A stretch of DNA of 64,000 nucleotides from Bacteroidia bacterium (GCA_965279035.1 OZ257142.1:1472001-1536000), one strand, 5' to 3'. Counted from the first letter of the stretch, positions 32,301 through 43,020 are shown. The notes: generated by a model not told the origin, from the letters alone. Numbers and translations are program-made.

Positions 32301-35300
32301 TTTCCGGTGATGTTCGATACGATGTTGTTCCAAGACGAACCTGCATTGGTTGAATACTGCAAAGTATAATATCCCGAAGCCGAAGGCAGATTCGTCCAGG
32401 TGATAGTATGAGAAGAAAGTCCAACCCACGATTCACCACCGTTGGGAGAAGTTACGGTTATGTCGTTGGAAGGAATGATGTTGAATACCGCATTCGATTG
32501 ATCGGTGATGTAGTTGTAGGAATATCCGCGCACGCGAATAAGCGCTTGGGAAGAAGTAATTCCGTTAGGAACCGTCCAATTATACGTTTGATTTGGACTA
32601 CCATTATCGCTCGGATTGGCAATGTCGGTCCAAGTAGAACCATTGTTGGTAGAATAGGCAATGTTCCAAGTTCCAACACAATAGGATTTAGTCCAAGCAA
32701 TGGTGGCAGTAGCACAACCCACCAATGTTTCACCGCCGTTAGGATACGTAACAGTAACAGGTGGAGCAATGGTAAAAGTCGCGTTGGACACATCCGAAAC
32801 TGAAAGATCTTGGTAGTTCGAAAGACGAATCAAACACTGAGTAGAAGCAGCAATGGTCAACGGAACACTCCAGTAGTAATATCCATTGTTCGAGGAACCA
32901 TTGGTGATGTTTACCCAGGTTGAACCATTATCGAGCGAATAATCTAAACGGACGTAATTGTAAATAGTGCTTTGATTCCAAGTAATTTGATAATCGCAAC
33001 CTACAAGCAAAGTCTCACCACCATTAGGCGTTAGCAAAATCGGCGTAGCCGGAACAATGGTAAAATTGGCATTGGAAATATCGAACTTACAGGTGTTTTG
33101 ATAATCAATCACTTTCACCAAACACTGGGTTGATGGATTATTAGGAACGCTCCATGTGTATGAATTTCCAGTGATGTTCGATACGATGTTGTTCCAAGAC
33201 GAACCAGCATTGGTTGAATACTGCAAAGTATAATATCCCGAAGCCGAAGGCAGATTGGTCCATGTGATGGTGTGAGAAGAAAGTCCAACCCAAGATTCAC
33301 CACCATTGGGAGATGTTACGGTTATGTCGTTGGATGGAATGATGTTAAAAACTGCATTCGATTGATCGGTGATGTAGTTGTAGGAATATCCTCGCACGCG
33401 AATGAGTGCTTGGGAAGATGTAATCCCGTTAGGAACAGTCCAGTTGTACGTTTGATTTGGACTACCATTATCGCCCGGATTGGCAATATCGGTCCAAGTA
33501 GAACCATTGTTGGTCGAGTAGGCAATGTTCCAAGTTCCTACACAATAGGATTTTGTCCAAGCAATGGTGGCAGTAGCACAACCCACCAATGTTTCACCGC
33601 CGTTAGGATACGTAACAGTAACAGGTGGAGCAATGGTAAAAGTCGCATCGGACACATCCGAAACTGAAAGATCTTGATAGTTCGAAAGACGAATCAAGCA
33701 CTGTGTAGAAGCAGAAATAGTAAGCGGAACACTCCAGTAGTAATAACCATTGTTGGAAGAACCATTGGTGATATTCACCCAAGTAGAACCATTATCAAGC
33801 GAATAATCTAAACGGACATAGTTGTAAATGGTACTTTGATTCCAAGTAATTTGATAATCGCAACCAACAAGCAACGTCTCACCACCATTAGGAGTTAGGA
33901 GAATCGGCGTAGCCGGAACAATGGTAAAATTGGCATTGGAAATATCGAACTTACAGGTGTTTTGATAATCAATCACTTTCACCAAACACTGTGTTGATGG
34001 GTTATTGGGAACGCTCCATGTGTATGAATTTCCAGTGATGTTCGATACGATGTTGTTCCAAGACGAACCAGCGTTGGTTGAATACTGCAAAGTATAATAT
34101 CCCGAAGCCGAAGGCAGATTCGTCCAGGTGATGGTGTGAGAAGAAAGTCCAACCCAAGATTCACCACCGTTGGGTGATGTTACTGTAATGTCGTTGGAAG
34201 GAATGATGTTGAATACCGCATTTGATTGATCGGTGATGTAGTTGTAGGAATATCCGCGCACGCGAATGAGTGCTTGGGAAGAAGTAATTCCGTTTGGAAC
34301 CGTCCAATTATACGTTTGATTTGGACTACCATTATCGCTCGGATTAGCAATATCGGTCCAAGTAGAACCATTGTTGGTCGAGTAGGCAATATTCCAAGTT
34401 CCAATGCAGTATGATTTTGTCCAAGCAATGGTAGCTGTTGCACAACCCACAAGTGTTTCACCGCCGTTGGGATACGTAACGGTAACAGGAGGAGCAATAG
34501 TAAAAGTCGCATTGGAGACATCCGAAACAGAAAGATCTTGGTAGTTCGAAAGTCGAATCAAACACTGAGTAGAAGCAGAAATGGTCAATGGAACACTCCA
34601 ATAGTAATATCCATTGTTTGAAGAACCGTTGGTGATGTTTACCCAGGTTGATCCATTATCGAGGGAATAATCTAAACGTACATAGTTGTATAGAGTATTC
34701 TGTTGCCAGGTAATTTGATAGTCGCAACCAACGAGCAAGGTCTCACCTCCATTAGGAGTTAATAAAACAGGAATTGATGGTGTGATGGTAAAAGGTAAAT
34801 TTGAAACGTCCTGCATGCAATTGGTAACCGCATCCATCACACGAACCAAGCAATTGTTAGAAAGTGCAACCGAAGGAACAGTCCAAGCGAAGGTAGCTGA
34901 TGCGGTGCTGTAATTGGTGATAATGTTAGTCCAGTTGGTACCTCCATTTACGGAATAAGCAATGTTGTATGTATTGGAAGTTCCTTGAGCATTCCAGGTA
35001 ATGTTATGAACTGTGTTTCCTTGCCAGATTTCTCCTCCGTTAGGAGAAGTGAGCAATACCGGAATATTGATGGTGAAATTATTATTGCTTTGATCAACTG
35101 TAGTTGGATGTTGAGCATCGTAAATACGCAGTTTAACTGTGTTCGATTGCACATTAGGGACAGTCCAAAGAAAAGTTCCGTTTGAACTTAAATAATTACT
35201 TGTAACCGAAGCCCAAATAGTGCCACCATCAAGAGAATAATCGATATTCCAATAATTAGAAGGAGTGCCAGTTTGCGTCCAAGTTACAGGATACTGTTGA

Positions 35301-35413
35301 CAAGCGTAAAGGATTTCACCACCATTGGGAGCAGTAACTGTTACTGTTTGCGCTTGAGCAACATGGACTAGAATAAGCAGAGAAAAAGCGAGGAAATGTT
35401 TGATCAGTTTCAT
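26348..35413 (-). CDS. Giant (~3021 aa) repetitive T9SS surface protein, putative adhesin
   Basis: Signal peptide MKLIKHF from ATG 35413; roughly 20 PNGGE Ig-like domains; repeated [15 protein letters not shown]-like domains; VYPNP...GVYY...KLIKQ sorting domain. Confidence 0.88.
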   Translation of the reverse strand: MKLIKHFLAFSLLILVHVAQAQTVTVTAPNGGEILYACQQYPVTWTQTGTPSNYWNIDYSLDGGTIWASVTSNYLSSNGTFLWTVPNVQSNTVKLRIYDAQHPTTVDQSNNNFTINIPVLLTSPNGGEIWQGNTVHNITWNAQGTSNTYNIAYSVNGGTNWTNIITNYSTASATFAWTVPSVALSNNCLVRVMDAVTNCMQDVSNLPFTITPSIPVLLTPNGGETLLVGCDYQITWQQNTLYNYVRLDYSLDNGSTWVNITNGSSNNGYYYWSVPLTISASTQCLIRLSNYQDLSVSDVSNATFTIAPPVTVTYPNGGETLVGCATATIAWTKSYCIGTWNIAYSTNNGSTWTDIANPSDNGSPNQTYNWTVPNGITSSQALIRVRGYSYNYITDQSNAVFNIIPSNDITVTSPNGGESWVGLSSHTITWTNLPSASGYYTLQYSTNAGSSWNNIVSNITGNSYTWSVPNNPSTQCLVKVIDYQNTCKFDISNANFTIVPATPILLTPNGGETLLVGCDYQITWNQSTIYNYVRLDYSLDNGSTWVNITNGSSNNGYYYWSVPLTISASTQCLIRLSNYQDLSVSDVSDATFTIAPPVTVTYPNGGETLVGCATATIAWTKSYCVGTWNIAYSTNNGSTWTDIANPGDNGSPNQTYNWTVPNGITSSQALIRVRGYSYNYITDQSNAVFNIIPSNDITVTSPNGGESWVGLSSHTITWTNLPSASGYYTLQYSTNAGSSWNNIVSNITGNSYTWSVPNNPSTQCLVKVIDYQNTCKFDISNANFTIVPATPILLTPNGGETLLVGCDYQITWNQSTIYNYVRLDYSLDNGSTWVNITNGSSNNGYYYWSVPLTIAASTQCLIRLSNYQDLSVSDVSNATFTIAPPVTVTYPNGGETLVGCATATIAWTKSYCVGTWNIAYSTNNGSTWTDIANPSDNGSPNQTYNWTVPNGITSSQALIRVRGYSYNYITDQSNAVFNIIPSNDITVTSPNGGESWVGLSSHTITWTNLPSASGYYTLQYSTNAGSSWNNIVSNITGNSYTWSVPNNPSTQCLVKVIDYQNTCKFDISNANFTIVPATPILLTPNGGETLLVGCDYQITWTQSTIYNYVRLDYSLDNGSTWVNITNGSSNNGYYYWSVPLTISASTQCLIRLSNYQDLSVSDVSDATFTIAPPVTVTYPNGGETLVGCATATIAWTKSYCVGTWNIAYSTNNGSTWTDIANPSDNGSPNQTYNWTVPNGISSSQALIRVRGYSYNYITDQSNSVFNIIPSNDITVTSPNGGESWVGLSSHTITWTNLPSASGYYTLQYSTNAGSSWNNIVSNITGNSYTWSVPNNPSTQCLVKVIDYQNTCKFDISNANFTIVPATPILLTPNGGETLQVGCDYQITWTQSTIYNYVRLDYSLDNGSTWVNITNGSSNNGYYYWSVPLTISASTQCLIRLSNYQDLSVSDVSNATFTIAPPVSVTYPNGGETLVGCATATIAWTKSYCVGTWNIAYSTNNGSTWTDIANPSDNGSPNQTYNWTVPNGITSSQALIRVRGYSYNYITDQSNAVFNIIPSNDITVTSPNGGESWVGLSSHTITWTNLPSASGYYTLQYSTNAGSSWNNIVSNITGNSYTWSVPNNPSTQCLVKVIDYQNTCKFDISNANFTIVPATPILLTPNGGETYYSGMDYQITWTQSTIYNYVRLDYSLDGGLTWTNITNGSSNNGYYYWTCPNVSSTTALVRISNYQDLSVVDVSDAVFTIKPAVTIITPNGDDGTTLWGGCTITSITFDRSPAWSNYRIEYSTNGGSTWNIIVSSWNTSANPATYNWTMPNLNNVPTLVRVYPTSYSQYADQSDNTFTIRKPVTIIQPNFGGIMQVGTNYNIQWTSDGISNLYDIFYSTNGGTSFTNIVMGYNTSNNTYSWNVPNLPSSNCRIWVRDNVNNCKSDTSDIAFIISSSAPPITLQTPNGISDTLHGCTNKLVTWNETSTYGTYDLHYSTNGGSTWIAIVTNYATTSHQYSWVVPNINSSTVLLRVRQAGSLTNYDLSDAYFTILPGALVAAPALTTLCPGQNVQLVATGGSNYSWTPATGLNSSTIYNPIASPTASTQYIVQSNNAGCILADTVQVNVTPAATNASVSISSSPSGAICAGTSVTFTATPVNGGNASYQWKVNGSNVGTNSATFSSSSLTNNAIVTCVMTSDVPCVGTNPATSNSITMTVNPALTPAVTVSASPSTTICFGTSVTFTANVINGGLSPSYQWKLNGNTVGNDQSTYSSTSLNNNDVITVSITSNASCLTTSTANSSNTVLTVSNVPNQPGAITGSVTFCNGVSQQYSVSAVSGATSYTWTLPNGWTGTSTTNSITTTPSSTAGNITVTANNSCGASAIQTLTVNANNPPAQPGSITGSTTFCQGNSLTYSISAVSGASSYTWTLPNGWTGTSTTTSITAIAGANGGNISVTANSACGSSSAQFLNVTPNSTLPQPGAIIGSTTFCQGNALTYSISAISGATSYTWTLPNGWTGTSTTTSINATAGANGGIISVTANGSCGSSTAQTLTVSPNSTPAQPGAITGSSSFCQGDAITYSISTVGGATSYTWTLPNGWTGTSTTTSINATAGANGGIVSVTANGSCGSSTAQTLTVSPNATPAQPGSISGSSSYCLGQSLTYSIAAVSGATSYTWTLPNGWTGTSSTTSINTIGSVAGIISVSSNSTCGSSLAQTLSVAPDAGPAQPGTISGPSNYCVGLLVTYSVVPVSGATSYTWTLPNGWTGTSPTNIINSLSAGSGIVSVSANGTCGTSTAQTLNVTGESAPSQPSSISGNVSVCRASSYTYSITPVSGASSYTWNLPFGWTGSSSTDVISVQSGTSGGILSVSAVNSCGASIAQTMNVSINSPDISTTVLNNTITANQAGASYQWLDCVAAYAPISGETNQSFTAVSTGDYAVKVYLLGCVDTSSCVTMTILGMENATAIKGLNVYPNPTMDKVNIECGRPSQVRLYNSLGQLLESFMVQNSYVLQLEKYSNGVYYLQTNDSKSIKLIKQ
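30450..34770 (-). repeat. Intragenic tandem repeat, about 5 x 864 bp (288 aa, three domains per unit); boundaries approximate
   Basis: Near-identical protein triplets; DNA landmarks recur every 864 nt (shadow ORF ends 30517/31381 and 33115/33979). Confidence 0.92.
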
Positions 35414-35696
35414 GATTTTATAATTAGCAGTATAGGTTGTTAGGCTTTTTTGAAAAGGGACGTAAAAATAACAAAATGAAGCCATTGAAGCATGTGAATA
35501 TTGGTTTAAAATATCCCTATCGCCTCCCAATCATAAATTATAGAGACATTTTATGTCTAATTGAGCTGATAGAAATGATTAATTATCATCATGAAGAAAT
35601 ATCCCAATCTATTCAGGGTAATCCAATTTCTTGTGATGTAATTCTAAAAAATAAAATGATTCAAATGAGTTGATTATAGAGAATGAAGAATGTATC

Positions 35697-35820
35697 GCGT
35701 GAGCGGTAGAGGCTACACCTCGCATCACCTGCCGAAGCGATAGCGAAGGCGGGCAGTAAGATTCCGATAACTATCGGAAACAGCAGATGACGCGATCTGA
35801 ACTTTTCGTGAAGGGCATGC
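35697..35820 (+). ncRNA. Structured intergenic repeat, Flavo-1-like (copy C)
   Basis: Outer stem gcgtg/catgc, inner gcggtagaggct/agcagatgacgc; homologous to the reverse complement of copy A. Confidence 0.6.
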
Positions 35821-35825
35821 CCAAA

Positions 35826-35861
35826 TAAAAAAAGGACAAGCCATTTCTGACTTGCCCTTTA
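35826..35861 (-). terminator. Intrinsic terminator after the DUF4139 gene
   Basis: Minus strand aaagggcaagtca-gaaa-tggcttgtccttttttt. Confidence 0.75.
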
Positions 35862-35878
35862 CACACAAAACAATGCGA

Positions 35879-37498
35879 TTATGGTTGTTCCTGAACTGTT
35901 TTTCCTTTTGGATATTCGACCGTATAACTGAAGCGAATTTTCTTGCTATCGTTCGGTTTGATGGTGTAATTCCAGAAAAGTTTTCCGTATTCCTCGGTGT
36001 ATTCGGCACCTTGTTTATCGAGTAATTCTACTTTGATTTCGTTACGACGAGAAAGTGGAATTTGATCTAAGATTTCGATATCGATTGCCGCTCCTTTGTT
36101 ATTACGGATGGTAGTTTCCCACACATAACTATCTTTTTGTGTGTTCTCGAAAAATTTCTTGGATGATTTATCTACCACACGAATTCGTTTTACCACGATA
36201 CGTTCGTCGCGACCTAGAGAAATAAGCAGCGTATCGCTCGAAACGGAAGGATTTAGCTGCGTTTGTCCAACATACATATCATCGAAAAAGATGTTTGCAG
36301 GTCCTGCTAGCATGTTGTATTTTCCATAATCGGTGATTTTAGCTAACAAGAATGCCGCTTGCTCGAGTTTCGGAACCACATGGTATTTGTAGGTTGCAGG
36401 AACATTGTAGGTTTGAATCGCACAAATATGTTCTTTGCCATCGGAAGGAATATTTTGGCGCGCTTCAATTTCGAATTCAACATTGATATCACTCTCGCTC
36501 ACATTGACTTCGTAATTGTATGGATTTTCATCATCCTCAGCCACGGCATCTTTCCTCATTACTTTAGATTCAACCTGCATCATATTCATTGCTGCTCCTG
36601 CGTTTGACAACGTTGTAGCTTGTGTACGATACACGTAATAATCGATATATTTAGGAGTCATAATTGGGCGATTATTATTCATGCTTGGATTGGCTGTTGA
36701 AATTGTAATTTTCACATCTTTCCAATCGTTGCCAGTGCTTTGATATAGTTTGGCTTTATAGAAAATATTGACTGGTTGTGTGGTGTTTTGTACTTTGATA
36801 TCGTACATCGGTGCCCAGCCAGCTTGATTTACGAGATAGGTTGGATGAATGGTCAATGCTCCGCCGGTTTCGGAAGAAAAACTAAGGACAATTTCTTTTA
36901 CCGGTTCTTTTAATTTCACACCCATATCGTTGAGCTGTTGTTGAAATTTTTCTGTTTTCTCGGTGAAGCGCGCTACTTTAAGATTCAGATCGAATAACTT
37001 CTTTCTTAAATCCATTAAACGTGAACGGTAAAAATCGGCTAGGACAATGAGTTCTGCAGGTTTCAAACCTTCTTTGGTGCTCCCAAGTTTGGTGTTGTTG
37101 TCGATCAGCGCAATTTCGCCAGTCCAAACTGCGCGTTGTTCTTCGAACCACGTTAATTCTTGTTGAAATGCTTTGATGGAATCTCGAAGTCGATCGGCTT
37201 TCGGATCTTTTGGAGCTGCATTTTCTTCGGTAAAATAATTGATGCGCGTTGTTGCCGAGAGTAAAGTTGCCGCACCTTTCACACCCACTTGCAAACTTGC
37301 ATCGATCATGAATGTTGAAATTCCGGAAATAACCACATCCGAATTTCCTTTCGGAATGGTCACATTTAAAGCGCGGGATTCTTTCGCTTGATTACGGTAA
37401 ATAGTGACATCGATAATTTTTGAGCTCGCCGGAATTTCGTCGGCACGGACCGATAAGGCCGCAGTTAGCAGGAGCACGAATGCAAAACGTGATTTCAT
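35879..37498 (-). CDS. DUF4140/DUF4139 (MuiA-like) exported protein
   Basis: IIDVTIY...SLQV, coiled coil, YLVNQAGWAPMYD, QSTGNDW, LISLGRD, ILDQIPLS. Confidence 0.88.
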   Translation of the reverse strand: MKSRFAFVLLLTAALSVRADEIPASSKIIDVTIYRNQAKESRALNVTIPKGNSDVVISGISTFMIDASLQVGVKGAATLLSATTRINYFTEENAAPKDPKADRLRDSIKAFQQELTWFEEQRAVWTGEIALIDNNTKLGSTKEGLKPAELIVLADFYRSRLMDLRKKLFDLNLKVARFTEKTEKFQQQLNDMGVKLKEPVKEIVLSFSSETGGALTIHPTYLVNQAGWAPMYDIKVQNTTQPVNIFYKAKLYQSTGNDWKDVKITISTANPSMNNNRPIMTPKYIDYYVYRTQATTLSNAGAAMNMMQVESKVMRKDAVAEDDENPYNYEVNVSESDINVEFEIEARQNIPSDGKEHICAIQTYNVPATYKYHVVPKLEQAAFLLAKITDYGKYNMLAGPANIFFDDMYVGQTQLNPSVSSDTLLISLGRDERIVVKRIRVVDKSSKKFFENTQKDSYVWETTIRNNKGAAIDIEILDQIPLSRRNEIKVELLDKQGAEYTEEYGKLFWNYTIKPNDSKKIRFSYTVEYPKGKTVQEQP

Positions 37499-37618
37499 TT
37501 TATCTAAATTTTAATTGGAAGCTCGAGAGAATTGAGCCATTGCCTTTGCGGCGCGCGCCCTTTTCAAAATCCAAGCCAGCATGTTTGTTCTGCCTCTTTG
37601 CCCGATTTTAAAAAAGGT

Positions 37619-38299
37619 TCAGTGCTTTTGAATGGAATTAAAGACAAGAGACTCTATAAACTCGGTCATTTTAGCCTCTTTGTTGTTGATTGTGAAGTCG
37701 GTAAGAGAAGGTAAATTTTCTTGAAAAAATTTTTGAGAATGTGCTATTTCTAACATCGATGTGGCCAATGAATGAGCAAACCCATACTGAGGATTTATTT
37801 CGAGTAATACTTTTGCTATGCGTTGACAAAGATCTTTGTATGGCTTAAAAAGTCGAGCTTGATTGTCTTCACTAACATGATGCGTTAAATACGATTTTGA
37901 ACCTTCCCAGATAGCCAATTGAAGAGCTTCTTTTTCAGGAATAAATGCAGAAAGATTCGAATTATCTACTGGTTCACGTACTAGAATTTGAATGATGTTT
38001 TTCAGTTTTTGAATAGGATCAGAAATGTTATTCATGCTGAATATGACTTTGTATTCGAGAAAGCTCCAATACCACGTAATCAGGTAGGTGAGTAGACGAT
38101 GTTTGTTTTCGAAATACCGATAAATACCGGCTTCGGTCGTTTCAATTTCGGAAGCGAGTTTTTTAAATGTGAAATTTTCGAAACCCAGTTTATTGATCAA
38201 CAGCAGGCCATGATGAACGATTTTTCTTCCTAAGACTGTCTCTTCGGGGTTTCGGAGAAAAAGTTTCTCATTCATTTTAATCTTTATTTCAAGCTCCAT
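37619..38299 (-). CDS. TetR/AcrR family regulator
   Basis: GFENFTFKKLASEIETTEAGIYRYFENK; divergent from the exporter genes. Confidence 0.9.
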   Translation of the reverse strand: MELEIKIKMNEKLFLRNPEETVLGRKIVHHGLLLINKLGFENFTFKKLASEIETTEAGIYRYFENKHRLLTYLITWYWSFLEYKVIFSMNNISDPIQKLKNIIQILVREPVDNSNLSAFIPEKEALQLAIWEGSKSYLTHHVSEDNQARLFKPYKDLCQRIAKVLLEINPQYGFAHSLATSMLEIAHSQKFFQENLPSLTDFTINNKEAKMTEFIESLVFNSIQKH

Positions 38300-38330
38300 A
38301 AACAAATTCGGTTTTATTCCGTTTTCAGCT

Positions 38331-38372
38331 AAGATAGTAAAACTATCATTTAAAGTAATGTTACTATCTTTG
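38331..38372. promoter_or_regulatory. Putative TetR operator overlapping the exporter promoter
   Basis: Perfect inverted repeat aagatagtaa (38331-38340)/ttactatctt (38361-38370); inner gatagt-aaa-actatc; TATCTTTG -7 box at 38365-38372. Confidence 0.7.
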
Positions 38373-38388
38373 TTTTTTGATTTGAATT

Positions 38389-40638
38389 ATGAATCAATCG
38401 AAGTTATTATTCAAGTGGTTGCTCAAAGAGCGAAACATCATCAGTAAGATATACTTGTTGGCTTTGCTTCAAGGTGCAATGTATTTGATTATTCCATTAG
38501 GAATTCAAGGTGTTGTCACATTTGTGATGGCAGGAAGTATTTCAGCATCCTTGTTTCTACTATGTGGAATTGTTGTTTTGGCAGTTTTATTTATTGGCTT
38601 ACTACAGATTTGGCAAATGCGTTTGAATGAAAGCATGCATGAAACAATCTTCGGAGATGTGGCAGCTCGCATTGGATTTTATTTGAATAATAAAAAGTTA
38701 ACTGCCGAAATACTTTCTCGTATCAATCATTTTTTTGAAGTAGTAACGCTTCAAAAAGGGATCAGTAAGATTGTATTAGATTTTTCTTTTTCCATAATCA
38801 GTATTGTATTTGGATTAATCATTTTGCCCTTTTATAACAGTTTGTTTTTCTCTTTAACATTGATTTTAGGAGCATTTTTCTATTTTATTGTTCGACATTA
38901 TGGAAAAGCTGGAATTGATTCAAATATTGAAACATCGAATCAGAAATACCGATTGGTTGAATTATTTCAAACTGAAAAGGGGATTGAGGAAAATGAAAAC
39001 TCAGCTTTTATTTCACAAGTCGATGAAGTATTGGAATCCTATTTTATTCAACGGAAAAGCCATTATGGAGTTCTCGAAAAACAATACAAAGGCATTGTAT
39101 TTTTTAAAGTCCTTTTTATTGCCATATTGTTGTTTCTCGGGGCTTTTTTAGTTCAAACAGGCGAATTAAATATTGGTCAATTTGTAGCAACGGAAATCAT
39201 CATTTTCTTGGTAATTAATTCCATCGAAAAACTGATTATTAGTTTAAATAGTTTTTATGATCTCATTACAGCAATTTATAAGATTGAAAAAATCACCGAA
39301 ACATCTCCCGAATATTCTATTTTCAGTAAGCAGTCGAAAACCCTGAAAAGTTTCGATTCTATTTATAAACGGCCTTATTCTAAAGTGATTAAGGTGTTTG
39401 TTTATTCTATGTGTTTGTGTGGTTTAGTAATTTTATTTCTACCATGGACTCAAAACGTAGAATCGACTGGTTTTGTAACAACATTAAATCCCGCCAATCG
39501 GCCCCAAACAATTACTTCACGAATATCGGGGCGTGTCGAAAAATGGTTTATACAGGATGGCGATCTGGTTAAGAAAAATGATACGATAGCTTATATATCG
39601 GAGATTAAAGAAGAATATATCGATCCTAACTTGCTTTCACGTTCGGAGTCGCAAATCCAATCGAAAGAATCGGCAATGGAATCGTTTGAGCAAAAGATAA
39701 ATTCGGTGAATGCTCAAATTGATGCCTTGAATAAATCTTTGCGAATGAAATTAGCACAAGCTCGAAATAAGATTGTTCAAGGTAAAATGAAAGTGACCAG
39801 TGATAGTACTGAGTCAATTACAGCAACAAGCAATTTGAAAGTTGCAGAAACTCAGTTAATGCGCTATGAGGATTTATTTAATAAAGGTGTTGTTTCACGA
39901 ACTGATTTGGAAAATAGGAGAGTAAAAGTTCAGGAAGCAATAGCGAAGAAAACGGCTGCTGAAAATAAATTCTTCGGTACTAAAAATGAGCTACTTAACA
40001 CCGAAATAGAACTAAATTCAATTCAACAAGAATATGCCGAAAAGCTGATGAAAGCTGATTCTGAAAAGTATTCGGTCATGTCGGCTTTATTTGAAGCAGA
40101 AGGTTCACTCACGAAACTTCAAAACCAATTGGTGAATTACAGCATGCGACAAGGTTTCTATTATGTATTGGCACCACAAGAAGGATACATTCATAATACA
40201 AAAATTCAAGGCATTGGTGAGATAGTAAAAGAAGGCGCAGCATTATGCAGTATAGTTCCATCTCAATCGGAACAAGTTGTTGAATTATATATCGATCCGG
40301 TGAATTTGCCTTTAATTCAACAAGGTCAAACGGTGCAGCTCACATTTGATGGTTGGCCTGCTTTTGTTTTTTCGGGTTGGCCAGGAATGAGTTCAGGTAC
40401 GTATCCAGCCGAAGTGATTGCTTATGACCGGGTGATTTCTCCCAATGGTAAGTTTAGGATTTTAGCAAAAGGTAAAGGAAAACGTTGGCCAGAAGCCATT
40501 CAAGTAGGTGGTGGTGTGAAAGGGTTTGCACTCTTAAGAAATGTCCCACTTGTTTACGAAATGTGGAGAAAAATCAATGGTTTTCCTCCCGAGTTTTATC
40601 AGAAATCGAAAAGCACTATTTCGGATGAAAAGAATTAA
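38389..40638 (+). CDS. Fusion of an ABC exporter transmembrane domain and a HlyD-family membrane fusion protein; no ATPase domain
   Basis: N-terminal ~300 aa IPLGIQ...LNIGQFVATEIII; then LPWTQNV, ISGRVEKWFIQDGDLVKKND, coiled coil, LAPQEG, FDGWPA; no Walker A/B. Confidence 0.8.
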   Translation: MNQSKLLFKWLLKERNIISKIYLLALLQGAMYLIIPLGIQGVVTFVMAGSISASLFLLCGIVVLAVLFIGLLQIWQMRLNESMHETIFGDVAARIGFYLNNKKLTAEILSRINHFFEVVTLQKGISKIVLDFSFSIISIVFGLIILPFYNSLFFSLTLILGAFFYFIVRHYGKAGIDSNIETSNQKYRLVELFQTEKGIEENENSAFISQVDEVLESYFIQRKSHYGVLEKQYKGIVFFKVLFIAILLFLGAFLVQTGELNIGQFVATEIIIFLVINSIEKLIISLNSFYDLITAIYKIEKITETSPEYSIFSKQSKTLKSFDSIYKRPYSKVIKVFVYSMCLCGLVILFLPWTQNVESTGFVTTLNPANRPQTITSRISGRVEKWFIQDGDLVKKNDTIAYISEIKEEYIDPNLLSRSESQIQSKESAMESFEQKINSVNAQIDALNKSLRMKLAQARNKIVQGKMKVTSDSTESITATSNLKVAETQLMRYEDLFNKGVVSRTDLENRRVKVQEAIAKKTAAENKFFGTKNELLNTEIELNSIQQEYAEKLMKADSEKYSVMSALFEAEGSLTKLQNQLVNYSMRQGFYYVLAPQEGYIHNTKIQGIGEIVKEGAALCSIVPSQSEQVVELYIDPVNLPLIQQGQTVQLTFDGWPAFVFSGWPGMSSGTYPAEVIAYDRVISPNGKFRILAKGKGKRWPEAIQVGGGVKGFALLRNVPLVYEMWRKINGFPPEFYQKSKSTISDEKN

Positions 40639-42031
40639 TAGCTTAGTTGTACTGTTATATTTTCCTTTTTGGGGGATTTATCAAAGTTCCGAAGCTCAAG
40701 TTGTGTTGAGTTATCAGTCATTTCTAAATCATGTATTAGAAAATAATCCAATTGCCAAGCGCGCATTGAGTTTTCAACGACTGGGTGAATATCAAGTTCA
40801 ATCGGCTCGAGGAGCTTATGATCCATTTTTTGAGGGGAAACATGAAAATAAATTCTTCAATGGAATGAATTATTATTCAGTAACAAATACTGAAATAAAG
40901 CAAGCACTTTTTACCTCCAATTATTTAAAAGCAGGTTATGATTATGGAATAGGAAATTATGTCAATCCGGAACTCCAAACAAGCTCATTTGGAATTCCAT
41001 ATATTGGTATGGAAGTATCCTTATTACAAGGAATGATGATTGACAAACGAAGAGCAGATGTATTAAAATCCCGGAACTATTTAAACTATTATTCTGCTGA
41101 GAAAGACCATCAATTGAATCAATTATTACTTGAAACATCTTTGTCTTTTTTCGATTGGATGTTTAGTTTAAAACAAGTATCTCTTACAAACTATTTCTTA
41201 CAATTAGCTCAACAACGTTATCGTGGAATTGAGTCAATGGCGGCCCTTGGTGAGCGACCATCTGTTGATACGATTGAAGCCTCCTTGTTTTTACAATCTC
41301 GCCAATTAGAGCTTCAAAGTGCTGAGATAGAATATCTCAAAAATCAAAATCAAATCGCATCTTTCAATTGGCAAGCAAACGGAAGTGCATCGCAATCAAT
41401 TCGATTTATTCCAATGGATAGTTTGGAAACTTATTTCGAAAAAGCTAAATCCATCCTTGGAACTCGTTTATATCAAGACTCAATTCGAAATCCATTGATT
41501 TCTAAATACACTGCATTCCAGCATGTACTTGATATTGATAAGCGCTTGAAAAAAGAAATGATCAAGCCCAAATTAAATATGAATTACAATTTGTTGTCTA
41601 ATAATTCAGCTGCATATTCTCCATTTTTTTCAAGCAATAGTTATAAATGGGGCATACAAGTTTCCTTTCCACTTTTTTTAAGAACGCCTATTAATGAATA
41701 TCGAATTGCAGGAATTGCTAGTTCGAATAATCAATTTGAATTGCAAAATAAAAACAATGAGCTGCAATTTAAGCTAACAATGCTTTCTCAAACAATAGAT
41801 GTATTAGCTGCTCAGCTTATAAATGCAGAAAAAACAGTTTTGTATAGTCGGAAATTGGTTGAAGCCGAAAAGCAAAAATTTGAATTGGGCGAAAGTTCGC
41901 TCTTCCTGATCAATACGCGCGAAGCAAAATGGTTAGAATCTGAATTGAAATTAGCTGAATACAAATTAAAATTTATCAAATCCATTGTACAAATTATCTA
42001 TTACAAAGGGAATTTGAATTATGAGTTTTAA
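40625..42031 (+). CDS. TolC-family outer-membrane channel
   Basis: ENNP, ARGAYDP, SFPLF, AEKQKFELGESSLFLINTRE; ATG 40625 overlaps the upstream gene. Confidence 0.88.
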   Translation: MKRINSLVVLLYFPFWGIYQSSEAQVVLSYQSFLNHVLENNPIAKRALSFQRLGEYQVQSARGAYDPFFEGKHENKFFNGMNYYSVTNTEIKQALFTSNYLKAGYDYGIGNYVNPELQTSSFGIPYIGMEVSLLQGMMIDKRRADVLKSRNYLNYYSAEKDHQLNQLLLETSLSFFDWMFSLKQVSLTNYFLQLAQQRYRGIESMAALGERPSVDTIEASLFLQSRQLELQSAEIEYLKNQNQIASFNWQANGSASQSIRFIPMDSLETYFEKAKSILGTRLYQDSIRNPLISKYTAFQHVLDIDKRLKKEMIKPKLNMNYNLLSNNSAAYSPFFSSNSYKWGIQVSFPLFLRTPINEYRIAGIASSNNQFELQNKNNELQFKLTMLSQTIDVLAAQLINAEKTVLYSRKLVEAEKQKFELGESSLFLINTREAKWLESELKLAEYKLKFIKSIVQIIYYKGNLNYEF

Positions 42032-42037
42032 TTTAAA

Positions 42038-42961
42038 TTAATACGTCTGAGTCCATTGAAAATGCTCATTCACAATTCGTGTTTTATTTTCTTTAAGATG
42101 TTCTAGAAATGCTTGTGCAACATAATTATGTTTTTTACCCTTTAACCAGATTAAATTCCAACTTGTTTTTATTGGAAGTCCTTTTACCGGCAAAATCGAT
42201 AAATCACCATTCAAAATTTCATTTTTTATTCCTATAAGTGGCATAATGGAACAGCCTAACCCAGCTATTATAGCCTGTTTGACAGCTTCATTTGAGGTCA
42301 ATTCAAGTTTTTTACGGATGAATAATTGATTCTTTTGAAGGAATTGTTCCATAGATTGCCGCGTACCAGAACCAAGTTCCCGATATATTAATGCTAATTC
42401 TTCTATGAAATTGGGAGATTTCGGTTTAGAAGAAGGTGTATAATCTTTATTCCCAACTAAAAACAGTTTATTCTCCATTAATTCGAGCTTCTCTATTTGA
42501 ATTGATTCAGGTAAAATAGAGACCAAAGCTAAATCAGTTTCATTCTTTTCTAACTTTTCAAGCACTTTTGCTTTATTGGAAACATCTAAGTTTAATTCAA
42601 TTCCAGGGTGCTTTTTAAAAAATTCGCTTAATATATATGGCATAATATATTTTCCAGTTGATACTATTGAAATAGTGAGTTTACCACTTAAGAAACCTTT
42701 GTAAGCAAGCGTTTTATAATTTATAGCATATACTTCTTGAAGGATTTTTTCTGCAGCTTGTGCTATCTCATTTCCAAATTCAGTAACATATAATCTTCTT
42801 CCAATAATCTCTGTAAGTGGAATCTCAAATTGATCTTGAAAATTTTTTAATTGAATTGATACTGCTGGTTGGGTTAAGTTCAATTCCTCGGCTGCTTTAG
42901 TTATACTAAGCATCTGAGTTACTTTTAAAAAAACCTGTAATTGATGAAGTGTATATTGCAT
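42038..42961 (-). CDS. LysR regulator, CbbR/CmpR-like
   Basis: YTLHQLQVF...SITKAAEELNLTQPAVSIQLK, VSTGKY, RELGSGTR, SNEAVKQAIIAGLG. Confidence 0.85.
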   Translation of the reverse strand: MQYTLHQLQVFLKVTQMLSITKAAEELNLTQPAVSIQLKNFQDQFEIPLTEIIGRRLYVTEFGNEIAQAAEKILQEVYAINYKTLAYKGFLSGKLTISIVSTGKYIMPYILSEFFKKHPGIELNLDVSNKAKVLEKLEKNETDLALVSILPESIQIEKLELMENKLFLVGNKDYTPSSKPKSPNFIEELALIYRELGSGTRQSMEQFLQKNQLFIRKKLELTSNEAVKQAIIAGLGCSIMPLIGIKNEILNGDLSILPVKGLPIKTSWNLIWLKGKKHNYVAQAFLEHLKENKTRIVNEHFQWTQTY

Positions 42962-43020
42962 TTTTCTAAATTTTAGAACTTAAACATTAATTTTCTGCAT
43001 TAGTTCACTCTTAAAAAAAA

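Noticed and set aside
29781-34521. Many recurring 60-180 aa ORFs (e.g. MRRKSNPRF..., MVNLGLDF...)
   Set aside because: Alternative-frame and antisense shadows of the 864-bp repeat in the giant gene
30450-34770. Tandem repeats as a CRISPR array or DGR template/variable pair
   Set aside because: Units are 864 bp and coding, without spacers; no cas or reverse transcriptase gene; differences are mostly synonymous rather than adenine-specific
35414-35530. 39-aa N-terminal extension of the giant protein in the ORF track
   Set aside because: The signal peptide starts at ATG 35413; the extension looks non-coding
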